The notes under the pieces: model-generated
Told to the model about the DNA's origin: nothing
Database searches by the model: none
What the model saw: the letters and a program-made list of their open reading frames with translations, nothing else
Position numbers and translations under genes: made by a program
Shown: piece by piece, positions 19,805 to 36,782 of the stretch
How the letters are laid out: the number at the start of each line of letters is the position of its first letter
Numbering within the stretch: position 1 is the first letter of the stretch
Origin: the human T2T-CHM13v2.0 reference genome, Homo sapiens
NCBI RefSeq assembly: GCF_009914755.1
Contig: NC_060934.1
Reading direction: 5' to 3' (one strand)
DNA length: 64,000 nt

Positions 19805-19957
19805 TGAGTCACCGTGCCCGGCCGAGAGTTAGTACATTTCACAACGTAAGCTAGGTCTTTTCCTTTTTTTATTTAATTCTATATCCTTTTCCTTTAATTC
19901 TATATTCCCCCGAACAACCTCTCACTTTCAAGTTTTAGCACCCTGGCCCTCAACCTG

Positions 19958-19958
<1 letters not shown>

Positions 19959-20007
<49 letters not shown>
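19959..20007. repeat. (AC)~24 microsatellite
   Basis: Direct read. Confidence 0.95.
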
Positions 20008-20010
<3 letters not shown>

Positions 20011-21134
20011 TAAACCTTGGAAAGTCTGGGCTCTGTGTAAGAGGATTTTAACATACCTATGTAAAATCCACATGCTTCCACTTAAAGAGCTGAGTGACCT
20101 TTTACAATTTAATGAACCTCTTTCAGCCACATTTTTCTCATCTGTGAGTTGAAGATCAGACTGTCTGACGGACTCATAGTTGATATAAGGATTAAATGCG
20201 ATTGTAACTGAAACAGTTTTAACATCGTCCCTGACACACAGTAAACCTAGAAGAAAAGAATTAGCTATTTTGTTGTTCATCAGGAAATTGAAGTAATTTT
20301 TTCTTAATTATATCAAATTTGCCCTATATCTACTATTTATTGAGGAAGTATCACAGTCCCCATTATAAAGATTAAGAAATTTGCCAAGAGTCACCCAACC
20401 AACAAGAAGCAAAACCAAAGTTCTGTCTAATCTCATGATTGTACAGCTGGCCACATGCCCACACCTCTTACACAAGAACTGGAATACATTTCCTTCTTAG
20501 GTATATTGTCAGGCCTTTTTGTTATCTCCTTCCTACAATACGGCAAAACAGATGCCTTGCTTGAGATTTATATTCAGAAACTGTTTCTAACTTTGTTCTG
20601 CATTGGTGTGGAAGTATATATAATGGTGGTTTTGCATGCACAAGTACATGTATTTGGAGGGCAGAAAGAATACTAGACATGCAAATTCTGAGACAGATAA
20701 TTATGGTCACTTTATTTCAGACATTGTAATTGTCATCTCTAGCAGTCCAAGTTAATTTTTTTAAATTATCTTCCATGTCCCTACTAGCATGCTCAAGCAA
20801 TTCTCCACCTTCTTGAATCTATAGAATAGAATTCCAACACTCAGCGGGGCACGGTGGCTTATGCCTGTAATCCCAGTACTTTGGGAGGCCGAGGGGGGCG
20901 GGTCACATGAGGCCAGGAGTTCGAGACCAGCCTGGCCAAAATGGTGAAACCCCGTCTCTGGTAAAAAAAATACATAAATTAGCTGGGCATGGTGGCGTGT
21001 GCCTGTAATTCCAGCTACTCCAGAGGCTGAGGTAGGAGAATCACTTGAACCCGGAGGCGGAGGTTGCAGTAAGCTGAGATAGTGCCACTGCACTCCAGCA
21101 TGGGCAACAGAGTGAGACTCTGTCTCACAAAAAA

Positions 21135-21416
21135 TTTTTTTTAAAGAATTATAATACTTGTTTTACTGTCCATGTCTACTGATTGTGTGCCATTTCTGGG
21201 TCAGTTTCTATTGATTGTTTTCTACCTACATTATGGAGGCAAAATCCTTCCCTATGAATTACAAGGTGTTTCCCCCGGTTGGCGGGAACATAAACTCTTT
21301 CTAGTCCTGCCTCAAGCAGTTTCCTCACTCAGTTCTCAGCTGAAGATTCAAGGGGAATTCTCTGCAAGTCTCTGAAGTGCTCTCTCTGTCTCTCCTCTCT
21401 CTTCTCTCTTCTTTCT

Positions 21417-21456
<40 letters not shown>

Positions 21457-21762
21457 TGTGTGTCTGTGTTTCTCTCCTCTTGGTCCACTAGTAACCTTGG
21501 CATCTTTAGACTAACCTTGGCATCTCTAGACTCCCACCTGCACCTCTCCAACTCTGGGAGACAACAAGGATCCCTTTTCTTGCATTGCAGCATGGAAATG
21601 AGTCTCTCCAGGCATTAAGCTGGGAACTCTCAGGGCTCACCTCATTTATCTCCCATCTCTTAGAGATCACTGTTCTGTGCCAGCAAAGTCCAACATCTGA
21701 AAACTACTGTTGCATGTATTTTGTTTTAGTTGTGTCAGGTGGGAGGGTAAATCTAATCCCTT
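21135..21762 (-). mobile_element. Ancient L1M 5'-region fragment containing a (CT)n(GT)n tract and a 20-bp tandem duplication (21492-21531)
   Basis: ggagggtaaatcta, gggctcacctcatt, ctcagctgaagattcaagggga motifs recalled from old L1M 5' ends. Confidence 0.5.
21380..21465. repeat. Compound (CT)n(GT)n microsatellite
   Basis: Direct read. Confidence 0.9.
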
Positions 21763-22199
21763 AGCATAACGGAACTACAGTCAATTCCAAACTACAGTCA
21801 ATTTAAGGATGAGAATTCTGAGGCCTGGAGAGGGTAAGTAACTTGCCCAGGTCACCCACTAGTAATCAGTAGAGCTGGGTCTCTAATCGGCTTCTGCCTG
21901 GCTCCAGAATCCCAACTTTCAAATACCATGCTCTCCTGCCTTCCTGTGAGCTCAGCCTTGAGTTCCACATCTCTCTACAAAATGGCATGAGCTTTGTGAG
22001 AGAGGTTTGTTTCTCTTGTGTTCTGACCTTTGTATCCTGACCCCTTTGCAGCTTAAACCCAAGTTGGAACTAGGGTGCTGTTTCAGAGAGCCGAGGTGGA
22101 CAGATTCCACACTGGTGGCCCATTACCAGTGAGCTGACAGGACAGCTGCAAGGTGCTTCTTAAATGGTAAATGTCATCCACGTAGGAGCATCATAAACT

Positions 22200-22380
22200 C
22201 ACTTGTTCACTCATTCATCCAACAAACGTTTATTTAGAGCCTACTATATGCCAGGCACTGTGCTAAGTGCTGGTCTTACGGCATTGAACAAGAGTGACAT
22301 GGAGTTTACTATCCAGTAGAGAGAGAACAAATGAATAAGTAAATAGAAAAGAACATTTCAGATGGTGGTGAATGCTGAGC
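22200..22380 (-). mobile_element. L2 3' fragment (other L2 relics near 18420-18630, 25840-26490, 38330, 39240-39400, 48690-48840)
   Basis: cattcatccaacaaacgtttatttagagcctactatatgccaggcactgtgctaagtgctgg. Confidence 0.7.
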
Positions 22381-25172
22381 TACATATAGCAGGTGTGTGG
22401 ACCAGCACATACCCTGAGTACTTGTCTAAAACACAATTCTAGCATGTATTTGCTCACACAGACTCCTTTTCCCATTCTTACACTCACATGAGCTCCCTAA
22501 TAAGAAGGGCTTTGGAAGAATAAAACAGAGTAATAAGATAAAGAGTGACAGGGAGGGGCTGCTCTAGGCTGGATGATCAGACATGGTGAGGCCCAATGAC
22601 AAGATTTTACATCTATTGCAGTTTGAGGGAAGGAGCATTCCACGCAAAGGGAACAGCAAATGCAAAAACTCTACGCAGTACCTCTTTTTTCTCCTGGGCA
22701 TGTGTGTCCACGTGTGCATACACACAGACACACAAATCTGAAAACTTGTCAATATCTTTTATTTCTACATGTACAGGTTCTTGAAGATGGCACTTTTAGG
22801 AACTCAAGGGTAGGGCCAGGATGCCAACAGATCAGGGTCCCAGCCTCCACCCCTCTGAGGCTCAAGTCTACTCTCTACTTCTCAAGGTCACTGTGAAGAG
22901 CAAATGAGATGAGATATAGTCTCTTCATATATCTGGTCCATTGCAGAATATAGGCATAAGTGACTTCCTACTCAACAGTATAAAAATGCTTAAAATTTTT
23001 ACCTAGGGTGGAGCTTATAAAAGGTAGCAATACACTGATATTGAGAATTAAATTTTTTTTTGTCAAAATTAGGAAGAAAAATCACTTCTATTTCAGCAGA
23101 GATAATTGATCATTCTACCTACATTTTGTTTACTATAGGTAGTCAGAGGCTTTCAGTATAACATAAAAGTCAAGTGTACAGGCCTGGATATAGATGAGCT
23201 GACTCTAACACACACCTGCTGTGTGACCTTGAGCAGGTTACTAAACCTCTCTGAGGAAAAATAGGACCCATCATATGAGGTGTGTGTGAGGATCAATTGG
23301 GGTAATGAATGCAAAGGGCTGGGCACAGCCCTTGGCACATGCTAAGTCCTCACAAAGCTATAACCATTGGCTGCCTGCAAAGGGAACTTTCATTCTTCAG
23401 CCTCTGGGAAAATCTTTCCACTCTGACATTTCCTCTAAAAAATAACATTTCATGTTCCTTATGTGACCAAGAGGCTCCTCTGTCTCCTTTCTCACCCTCA
23501 TTCCCTCTGAATGGCTGGTTGGATGACTGTAAAGTGAGGAAGAGGAGAGTCCACACTGAACAAGGCAACCCGCTCCCAGTGCCTGAGGGGTGGGGAGGTG
23601 TCACTGCCCACAGGAGCTGTGAGCCTGGGACTGCCTGGGTCTAGCCCATGCGGGTGTGGGCATGGAGCCCAGCTGACCGAGGCAGCTGGGAACTGTTTGC
23701 TAATAGGCCGGGGAGCAGCAGATGCAAAGTGAGGGCTCATGTTTGCACAGGCCATCGCCATGGCAACAGGAAAGTCAACAGGCAGGACATTCCTTAAGCT
23801 GTAGAAAACCCTTCCGCCCCAACCCTGCACTTCAGGTGAGGGAAGCGGTCCCACACTGAGCAGTAAGCAGATCCTCAAAGGCCAGAACTTTAGTAGAAAA
23901 GCCAAAAAGAAAATCTGGGCCCAAAATACACAAATATTTTGAAAACACATATAGTTTATTCCCAGATGGTTAAAAAAAAAAAGTTTGTTTCTGAAATGTA
24001 CAGGTAATCTGACCAAGGTGTGTGTATTGGTTAGTTGGTGGAAACTAAGCTAATGATCATGATTCCCAGCTGAGGATGGGGAGGCACACTGCTTACAAAA
24101 GAGCAGAGGCGGTGGAGGGGCAGGAAATCATGCCTTGTTCATTACAGAGCTAACGCAGGGTCGGCCTTCCACTGCAAGACAGTAAACTATGCAGTGGAAT
24201 CTGCAGGATGAGAGATAATGTTCTAATTTTTAGTGAAAACACCTCCTCCAATGACCTGGCCATAGGGTCTGAAGTTCTCATCTTGTTCACTCCTTCAAGT
24301 AAGTCACTGATGGCCTTCAGTCCAAAAGTCAGTGTTACCGGGAAATTAACTATTAGCAGCTATTATAGCATCACCCGATTAATTTCTCAGAAAGTGCCTT
24401 GAAGCAGGACCTTGAAGGACTGAGCCACAGGACAGGTAAGTTTTGTACAGGAAAAGAATTGGCAGAAGATGCAGGGTGTGGCTCAGAGGGCAGGCCTCAG
24501 CGGGTACCACAGTGGGAGCCAGGAAACTTAAAGACACTGGGTGCCCAGCAAATGTCAGGGGGATGGAAGATGGGAGGGGGGAAGATTGAAAAAGTAACCA
24601 AGACCAGCTTCATAATTGGCCTAGAATTTACCTTTTTCTGTTATGCCTAACAATTCCCGTCATCATAATATCAGAGTAACCACGTGCTCATTTGGTCTTT
24701 TTTTTTTTTTCTCACTCCGTCACCAGGGCTGGAGCGCAGTGGTGTGATCTCAGTTCACTGCAACCTCTGCCTCCCAGGTTCGAGTGATTCTTGTGCCTTG
24801 GCCTCCTGAGCTGGGATTACAGGTGTGCACAACCACGCCCAGCTAATTTTTGTATTTTAGTAGAGACAGGGTTTCACCACGATGACCAGGCTATTCTCGA
24901 ACTCCTGGCCTCAAGTGATCTGCCTGCCTCGGCCTCCCAAAGTGCTGACATCACAGGCATGAGCCACCACACCCAGCCTCGTTTGGTCTTTATACTCAAT
25001 AGGCATCATAACACCAAGTGCAACATAGCTCAGCACGATGCATGGTGCCCCTGAACCTTAGAAGGACCCTCTTAGAAGAGGACCTATCATATTTTCTTTG
25101 TTCAGAATTATGCATGTCATAGGTTCAGAAAAATATGAAAATGTGCAGGTTCAGATAGACTGCACGTGAACT

Positions 25173-25692
25173 TGTGATACTCTACCTTGTTTTAACCTGA
25201 TTGTTTCTCTTAGCTGAAAGAGCCAGACAGACTCCATTTTAGTTCCTTCACTTACAGCCCCTTTACCTCCCTTCCTTAAGGGCATGACTGGTGTAAACTG
25301 ACTCAAAGCATGTCCAGGAATGCACTTACCGATAAGACATTGAGGCAAGCTGCACCAGCAGCTCCTGGGGACGTGCTCGGTGGATGGCACCTAAAGCCCC
25401 TGCATTTATCTCTTTGTGATAGTTTAAGCCCCTACACCTGGAACTGGTTATTTTTTGTAACTGCTTTTGTAACCAATTAATTTTTTAACTTTTTGCCAGT
25501 TATGCTTCTGTAAAAATTGCTTCAGCTAAACTCCCCCTTCCCTATTTAGACCACGGTATAAAACAAATCTAGCCCCTTCCTCGGGGCTGAGAGAATTTTG
25601 AGCGCTAGCCGTCTCTCGTTCGCCAGCTAATAAAGGACTCCTGAATTAGTCTCAAAGTGTGACGTTTCTCTATAACTCACTTGGTTACAACA
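25173..25692 (+). mobile_element. Solo ERV1 LTR, LTR10 (C/D/E)-like
   Basis: TG...CA termini, 4-bp TSD aact on both sides, TATAAAA 25557-25563, AATAAA 25629-25634; family assigned from recall. Confidence 0.8.
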
Positions 25693-26210
25693 AACTCTAT
25701 CTCTAGAAATGCACAAAAATGCCCGAAATGAGTGCCAGGGTGAGCCTGACGGTGGGGGGCTGACCTCTCCCCATCACTGCTGTCATCTGAGGGCCCCACT
25801 GTGTTTTCAATGGGTCTAAAATAAATATATAATGGTCTCCCAGTATTGTTTTCCTGCCTCCTAACTGGTTCCTACCTCCAGTCTCTACACAGAAAGCCTG
25901 AGTGATCCTTTTAAAATATGTCAGATCATAAGCAAAAGCTTTTAACGGATTCTCATTCCACTTAGGATGAAATCCAAAGCCCATGCCTTGGCCCCCAAAG
26001 CCACATATATTGTGGTTTCTCTGACCTCACCTCCTTCCTGCACTTTCAACCCTCACTGTGCCCCAGGTTGGCTGCCTTTCTCACGTTTCTCCAGCATCCC
26101 CAGTGCACTCCTGCCTCAGGGCCTTTGCACTTGCTATTCTCTGCCCAGAATATTCTTCCCCCCTACTCCCTAACCCCCCAATGAACTGCATGGCTCAGTT
26201 CTTCATTATA

Positions 26211-26241
26211 TTAGGTTGGTGCAAAATTGCAATTACTTTTG
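26211..26241. mobile_element. Collapsed MADE1/Hsmar1 TIR fragment
   Basis: ttaggttggtgcaaaa joined to gcaattacttttg. Confidence 0.6.
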
Positions 26242-26849
26242 TGATTATATTTAGGTCTCTGCTCAATTGTCACCTTATCACCACCTCACATAAAATGGGA
26301 TCTCCTTTCCCCCCACCCTTGACAACTTTCCCTTTTCCTCTGATTTGCTTTTCTTCATGGGATATAACAGTTTCTTCTTTAGCTCACAGCATTCATGGTA
26401 CCCGACATATTATGTATATATTTTTTAGTGTATTTGTTTATTTTCTAACTTTCCTTAAGTATCGTAACCTTCAGGAAAGCAAGGACTTTAAACCATAGAT
26501 GAGAGTTTTGAGGCCAGCCCATTGCCATGCTAAAATAGATAAGGCATAAAATGAGGAAGGCCTCAACCAGGCTGGTGGCTGTGGGCTTGGGGAAGAAACA
26601 CAGGCACAAGCACAGACTTTGGAAAGGAAGAAAACATAAGATCTGAGGACAGACTGGATAAGAGGCAAGAGGGAGCTGGGTGCAGTGGCTCACGCCTGTA
26701 ATCCCAGCACTTTGGGAGACCAAGGTGGGCAGATCACTTGAGGTCAGGAGTTTGAGACCAGCCTGGCCAACATAGTGAAACCCTGTCTCTGCTAAAAATA
26801 CAAAAATTAGCTGGGCATGGTGGTGTGCACCTGTAATCCCAGCTACTCA

Positions 26850-27335
<486 letters not shown>

Positions 27336-27931
27336 GGTCTAGAATATAAACAGTGGTACCATTTGCAGAAAGAAGAAAGCAAAGAAGAGGAGGGCCTAGT
27401 CTTAGTAACATGCAGGAGGCTAGTGTGAGGCCCTCCCCTCTCCTCCCCTTCCCCAAAACTTTGAAATATGGGAAATAAAACTGGCTTTTGGGAGTTGGGG
27501 TGGGGAATAAATAATCATATAATAGTTCGCAGCTGAGATATGCGACAGAAACTTAAAAAGCTAGAATAGTTTCCAGTGCAAGAGAGTGGGACCAGAACCT
27601 GCTAGAATGTATGCAGGTATGTATTCATTTATTTAGAGATGGGGTCTCACTATGTTACCCAGGCTGGTTTCTAACTCCTGGGCTCAAGTGATCCTTCCAC
27701 CTCAGCCTCCCAAAGTGCTAGGATTACAGGCATGAGCCACCACACCTGGCCCAGAATGTATTTATATAGTTACAGAAAAATATGCAGGGGGCATCGGTCA
27801 GCAACAGAGAATGGTAAAAAGGATGTCATCAAAGGCGAAGATGGGAGTGCCTATCAAAGCACTGTCCAGGGAGTCCATGTCTGTGCAGACTCTCTTATTC
27901 TGATGCCGGTAAGCAGAAGACCCCAATAACT

Positions 27932-28662
<731 letters not shown>

Positions 28663-29099
28663 ACCTCAACTAATTTATCCTAAATTTTTGCTCTCACTGC
28701 AGCCTTCAGATTATATCAGATGTGCCTAAGACATACATTTTTAAATGTACTAACATTACTAAAAACTGAAATGCTTCTTACAATTGATGGGGGCATTAAA
28801 TATCACGCTTTTTTTGGCCCCTAACCATTTATTAATTTGATAGTATACCTTATAAACAATAACATCTTGAAATCGAGTATACAAAGTAATTTGGCTTCCC
28901 ATGTGGTATGACTTGAAGGAAAATTCATGGGTTGGAGGGTAGAAATGCCCTGTCACTAGGCAATTGACTTCCACCAGAAGGAAAATAAGCAGGTATTCTG
29001 GTTTTAAGTATTAGTATCAGCTGGGCACGGTAGCTCACACCTGTAGTTCCAGCCCTTTGGGAGGCTGAAGCGGGTAGATCACCTGAGGTAAGGGGTTCA

Positions 29100-29395
<296 letters not shown>

Positions 29396-30007
29396 TTATT
29401 AATACTAAGGTCATTCTGTCCCACGGGAACCTGTTTGGGAAGTCTCCCAATTTTACTCAGAGGACAACCCTCAGTGTCACCACGGGCACCACCGTGACCC
29501 TTCCCCATGTGAAAGGAAAGAGGCAGTAAGGCAAGGATTAAGGTCTGTTTAGGTCTGTTGGGATTAAAAGGCGAAGGAGACATTAACATGGAAATGGGGC
29601 TGAAAGTAAAACTTGAATGAGACATGTATAGGCCACAAATAATCAGAAGTGATTTGGGTTGTATCCAATATCACTACAGTTCAGATAAACTGCCAGAGGT
29701 AGGAAGTGCAGTTGACCAAGAAGTTGTAGGCATGTGAACAGGCTTCACTCTAAGTGCCAAGTTTGATAAACTAGTCTAGGTGGCTCAGTGTTTGCAGCTT
29801 TTTTGGAATAAAAGCAGTCATTGGGAAAAAGTGCTGTGATGGATTAGCCACATCTGCTATTGGCTTAGAAGGGAGCGGGGCATGGAATTAAAGCACATTT
29901 ATATTGGAAGTATTATAATACGTTATTAAAGATGTGTCTCTTCAACAAAATAAACAACAGTGAGATAGTAATACCTAAAATGAGAAAAACAGGTGAAAAC
30001 AACTTAC

Positions 30008-30099
30008 TTATTTTGTCCAATTGTCTCAAAATCTTTCACAATAATCCCAAGGGAAGATGAAAAGTCCAGTGGTATACCCCTCAAGTCAAACTCCAAAAT
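30008..30099 (-). CDS. MYOF: Myoferlin exon 3 (92 nt, ILEFDLRGIPLDFSSSLGIIVKDFETIGQN + first two bases of Lys79)
   Basis: Polypyrimidine tract + gaacag|ATT acceptor, AA|gtaagt donor; lies within ORF 30004..30213; phase 0->2. Confidence 0.97.
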
Positions 30100-30430
30100 C
30101 TGTTCACAGAAAGGTTTTGAAAAAAGAGAAAAAAAAAGGCTGTTAGAAGGAGCAGAGATTACACTAAGATGCACCAGTACTACATGTTGGGTCATTATTT
30201 TCACCAATGACAATCTTTTGAAGTTATGCAGAAATGATTAAATTCTAAACCTGAAGGCAGCTGAGGGGGCGGGAAAGCAAACCAGATGTCGACTTAGAGG
30301 ACCTGTAGACAACTCCTGGCTTCCTGCTTTCTAGGTTCTGTGGCTTCAACCAGGTGACCACACCCCTGCTTCATACTCAAGAGCTGGACTCAACGACTAC
30401 CACAACTGCTGCAAGAATAAAATGCAGGGT

Positions 30431-30687
30431 GTTGTTCTCACTCATAAGTGGGAATTGAACAATGAGAACACTTGGACACAGGATGGGGAACATCACACAC
30501 TGGGGCCTGTTGTGGGGTGGGGGGAGGGGGGAGGGATAGCATTAGGAGATATACCTAATGTAAATGATGAGTTAATGGGTGCAGCACACCAACATGGCAC
30601 ATGTATACATATGTAACAAACCTGCACTTTGTGCACATGTACCCTAGAACTTAAAGTATAATAATAACAAAAATAAAAAAATTAAAA
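30431..30687 (+). mobile_element. L1PA (PA4/PA5-like) 3'UTR-only insertion
   Basis: L1 3' end with G-tract and A-tail; 18-bp TSD aagaataaaatgcagggt at 30413-30430 and 30688-30705. Confidence 0.95.
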
Positions 30688-31079
30688 AAGAATAAAATGC
30701 AGGGTATATGTGAAAACATTTTCTTCAATGGCTAGTTTTAAATTATCTGCTCTTCTTAATCATACTACTATCAAACAAAGAAGATGAATAATCTAAGAAA
30801 ACATTTTCTAAAATGCCTCTCATTTTAAGTTCCACCATGGTCGGTCAATGCTATAATATACCGACCTTTCTGAGACTCTCATTTTAATGCAGTAAGTTGC
30901 TTCCTAATGACAAAAGTAAAAAAAAAAGATTGATAAAGCGTCACTGATGCCTTTGACTGATTAGGTAATAATTAAATGATGACTTGATCCTCCTTGTAGT
31001 GGGCTTGGAATGGAAGGAAAACTTGTTTCAGAACTTCTTAAAAAATTATTTTTAGCACTTCTAAAAAAAAACAAGTTCT

Positions 31080-33637
<2,558 letters not shown>

Positions 33638-34030
33638 CCCAGAAGGCTCTAGTCTTTATCTTATAGAGATATTGAAACTAGTTGGGAGAGAAAGGTGGGT
33701 GGGTGGAGGGGAGCCTTCATGGCCTAGTGACTTGGTGAAAATAACAAAGACATTCATTATTGCTCTTGTCCAGGGAGGTTTGACCCAGCTTTTGAAAAAC
33801 ACAATGGAGCTGGCCATCAACTGTTAAAAAGTTAAAGTTTCATGAATAATTGGGTGGTTTAAAAGAGAGAGACAGAGAGAGAGTAGGAAAATCCTATTCA
33901 GTGGGAAGAATTAAATTTTTTCACTTATTTGTGAAAATATTAAACACTGAACCACTTCTAAAATAGATATAAGGTCGACAGTGGGGGGAGGTAAATAAGT
34001 TATATGTCTTCAGTAGAATATTGCACAGTC

Positions 34031-34128
34031 ATTAAAATACTTTTGAATTTTATGCTTTTGAATTATTAAAATAATTTTATGCTTTTGAATTAAAATACTT
34101 TTGAATTATTAAAATAATTTTGAATTAA
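34031..34128. repeat. AT-rich mosaic of short duplicated units (cttttgaatt / attaaaata / ttttatg)
   Basis: cttttgaatt recurs four times in under 100 bp. Confidence 0.7.
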
Positions 34129-34835
34129 TATGGGCATATGCTTAGGATATAATAGCAAGAAAGTGTAGGAGAGGAAATCATTTGCTATATGCTGCTAGTT
34201 TGTGTTATCAGATGTCATATTTCATTAAATATATTCCTCCAATAAACACTTAGTGATACATCACAGATGTTAATAGTAGTTGCCTCTAGAGAGTGGGACC
34301 CAAGTTAATTTTTTAAAGATTAATTGAAGTTTTCAAAAGTTTCCACATGAAGCATACTGGACATCACTTTTATCAACATAAAACCAATACATGTCATTAC
34401 CCAGCTAGACACACAGAGAATCATGTGATACACTCTTGATTTGTCACATGCAGACATGTTTTTAATTATGAGGCCTTCCTTCTGAGACTCTGGAGATGAT
34501 CTAATCCCACCCTTGCTCTGCACATGTGCCCCAGATATGCAACATAAGTGGACCAAGCTCACACAGCAAGCTCGTGGCGGTGCCTGGTAAGAACTCAACT
34601 CTCCTGCCAGTCCAGGCTTCCCTTGCCGCGCCACTGCTGTACAGAAGATGGTCGCTGGTGAGCTACTCTCCTTGAACTGCTCTGCTCTCTTGGTGAACAC
34701 AAAGGGAAACGGAGTGGGTGGGGGTGAAATGTAGAGATTCTCCTTCCGAAGGGAAGAGGTAACCTCTCACCCAAAGATAGGACAATCAGAAATAGCTTAT
34801 CTATTAAAACAAAGTTGAAGAAACAATGAAGTCAC

Positions 34836-34891
34836 CTCATTCCAGACAGGGTTCAATTCATTATCAACTTTCTTTGTTTTCTTTTTCTCAT
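34836..34891 (-). CDS. MYOF: Myoferlin exon 2 (56 nt, DEKKKTKKVDNELNPVWNE)
   Basis: Acceptor cttttgcag|AT, donor GAG|gtgact; phase 1->0 joins exon 1; C2-type NPVWNE motif; absent from the ORF track. Confidence 0.97.
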
Positions 34892-36401
34892 CTGCAAAAG
34901 AGATAAAGGAAGAGACAGCAATCATTTATAAAAAAATTAAAGAGCGTGGGCCATTCATTTATTCTAAGAACATTACCCAAGGGTCTACTTGCACCCACAT
35001 CTCCCCATTCATCGCTTAGGATGGGTGTTTACCTGAATCACAGTTTTCCAAATGAAATGGCATTTTTTGGTCTACAAGGTTTTCCCATCTCCAGGTCTAC
35101 ATGGAGTTAAGGGATGTGATGTTCTGCCCTTCTCTCACCAAGGCTACCCAGAGCCTCTGCATCTCTGGCTTGCTGCAGAAAGAAGCCAACAAAGCTAACC
35201 TCTGAGATGCTGATATTGCTATTTTATAGATGAGGATATTGAGGCTCAAAGAGTTAAGACATTTATCTGAGCTCACACCTGGCAGTGATGCCCTGATTTA
35301 AACCTGGAATTTCAGCTCTGAAGCTCATGCTGCATCTGAGTGTGCTAAGATGCCAACACAGCTTCAATATTAAGCTGGACTCCCTCCCATAGGCTTCGGT
35401 ACAAGGTCATTAGTAGATGAAAACTTTCTAAGACCAGCGGATAATTTGGGGCTTCCTTTACTCCGAGGCCACCTTTTCTGAAGACACAAGATCTTTCTTC
35501 TCTGTGTCTGAGCCTGGACAGTACACCTACCTGGATGAGCACACGAGCAAATCCAGCAAGTGCTTAAAGTTTCCTTGTAGCAAAGTCCAAAGAGCAGAGG
35601 CTTCTCTTGGGTCCCCAAGTCCCCAAATACCTACCCAAATAAAAGCTAATCTTCGAGTACAAAATGCTTTGTCAGCATTATCTCATCTAATTTTTTTTTT
35701 TTTTTTGAGACAGGGTCTCGCGAGGTCGCCCAGGCTGGAGTATAGTGGCACTATTTCGGCTCACTGCAACCTCTGCCTCCCAGCTCAAGAGATCCTCCCA
35801 CCTCGGCGCCCCATGTAGTTGGGACCACAGGTGCACACCACCACACCCAGCTAATTTTTCTATGTTTTTTTTTTTTTCACTAGAGATGGGGTTTTGCCAT
35901 GTTGCCCAGGCTGGTCTCAAACCCCTGAGCTCAAGTGATCCACCTGCCTCAGCCTCCCAAAGTGCTGGGATTACAGGTATGAGCCACTGCGCCCGGCATT
36001 CATCTAATCTTAAAAACCTAGGAGAAGCCAGGTGAGGTGGTGCACGCCTGTAATCCCAGCACTTATGGAGGCCAAGGTGGGAGGATTGTTTGAGCCTAGG
36101 AGTTCAAGACCAGCGTAGGCAACATAATGAAACCCCATCTCTACAAAAATACAACAATTAGCTCTGTGTGGTGGCACACACCTATAGGTTCCAGCTACTC
36201 AGGAGGCTGAGGTGGGAGGATCCCTTGAGCCCAGGAGGTCAAGGCTGCAGTGAGCCAAGATCACACCACTGCACTCCAGCCTGGGAAACAAAGCAAGACC
36301 CTGTCCAAAAACAAAAAACAAACCCTAGGAGGTATATATTACTATTTTCATCCCCCTTTCACAGCTAAGGAAACTGAGAAGCTGAGTAACATTCAAAGTC
36401 A

Positions 36402-36782
<381 letters not shown>

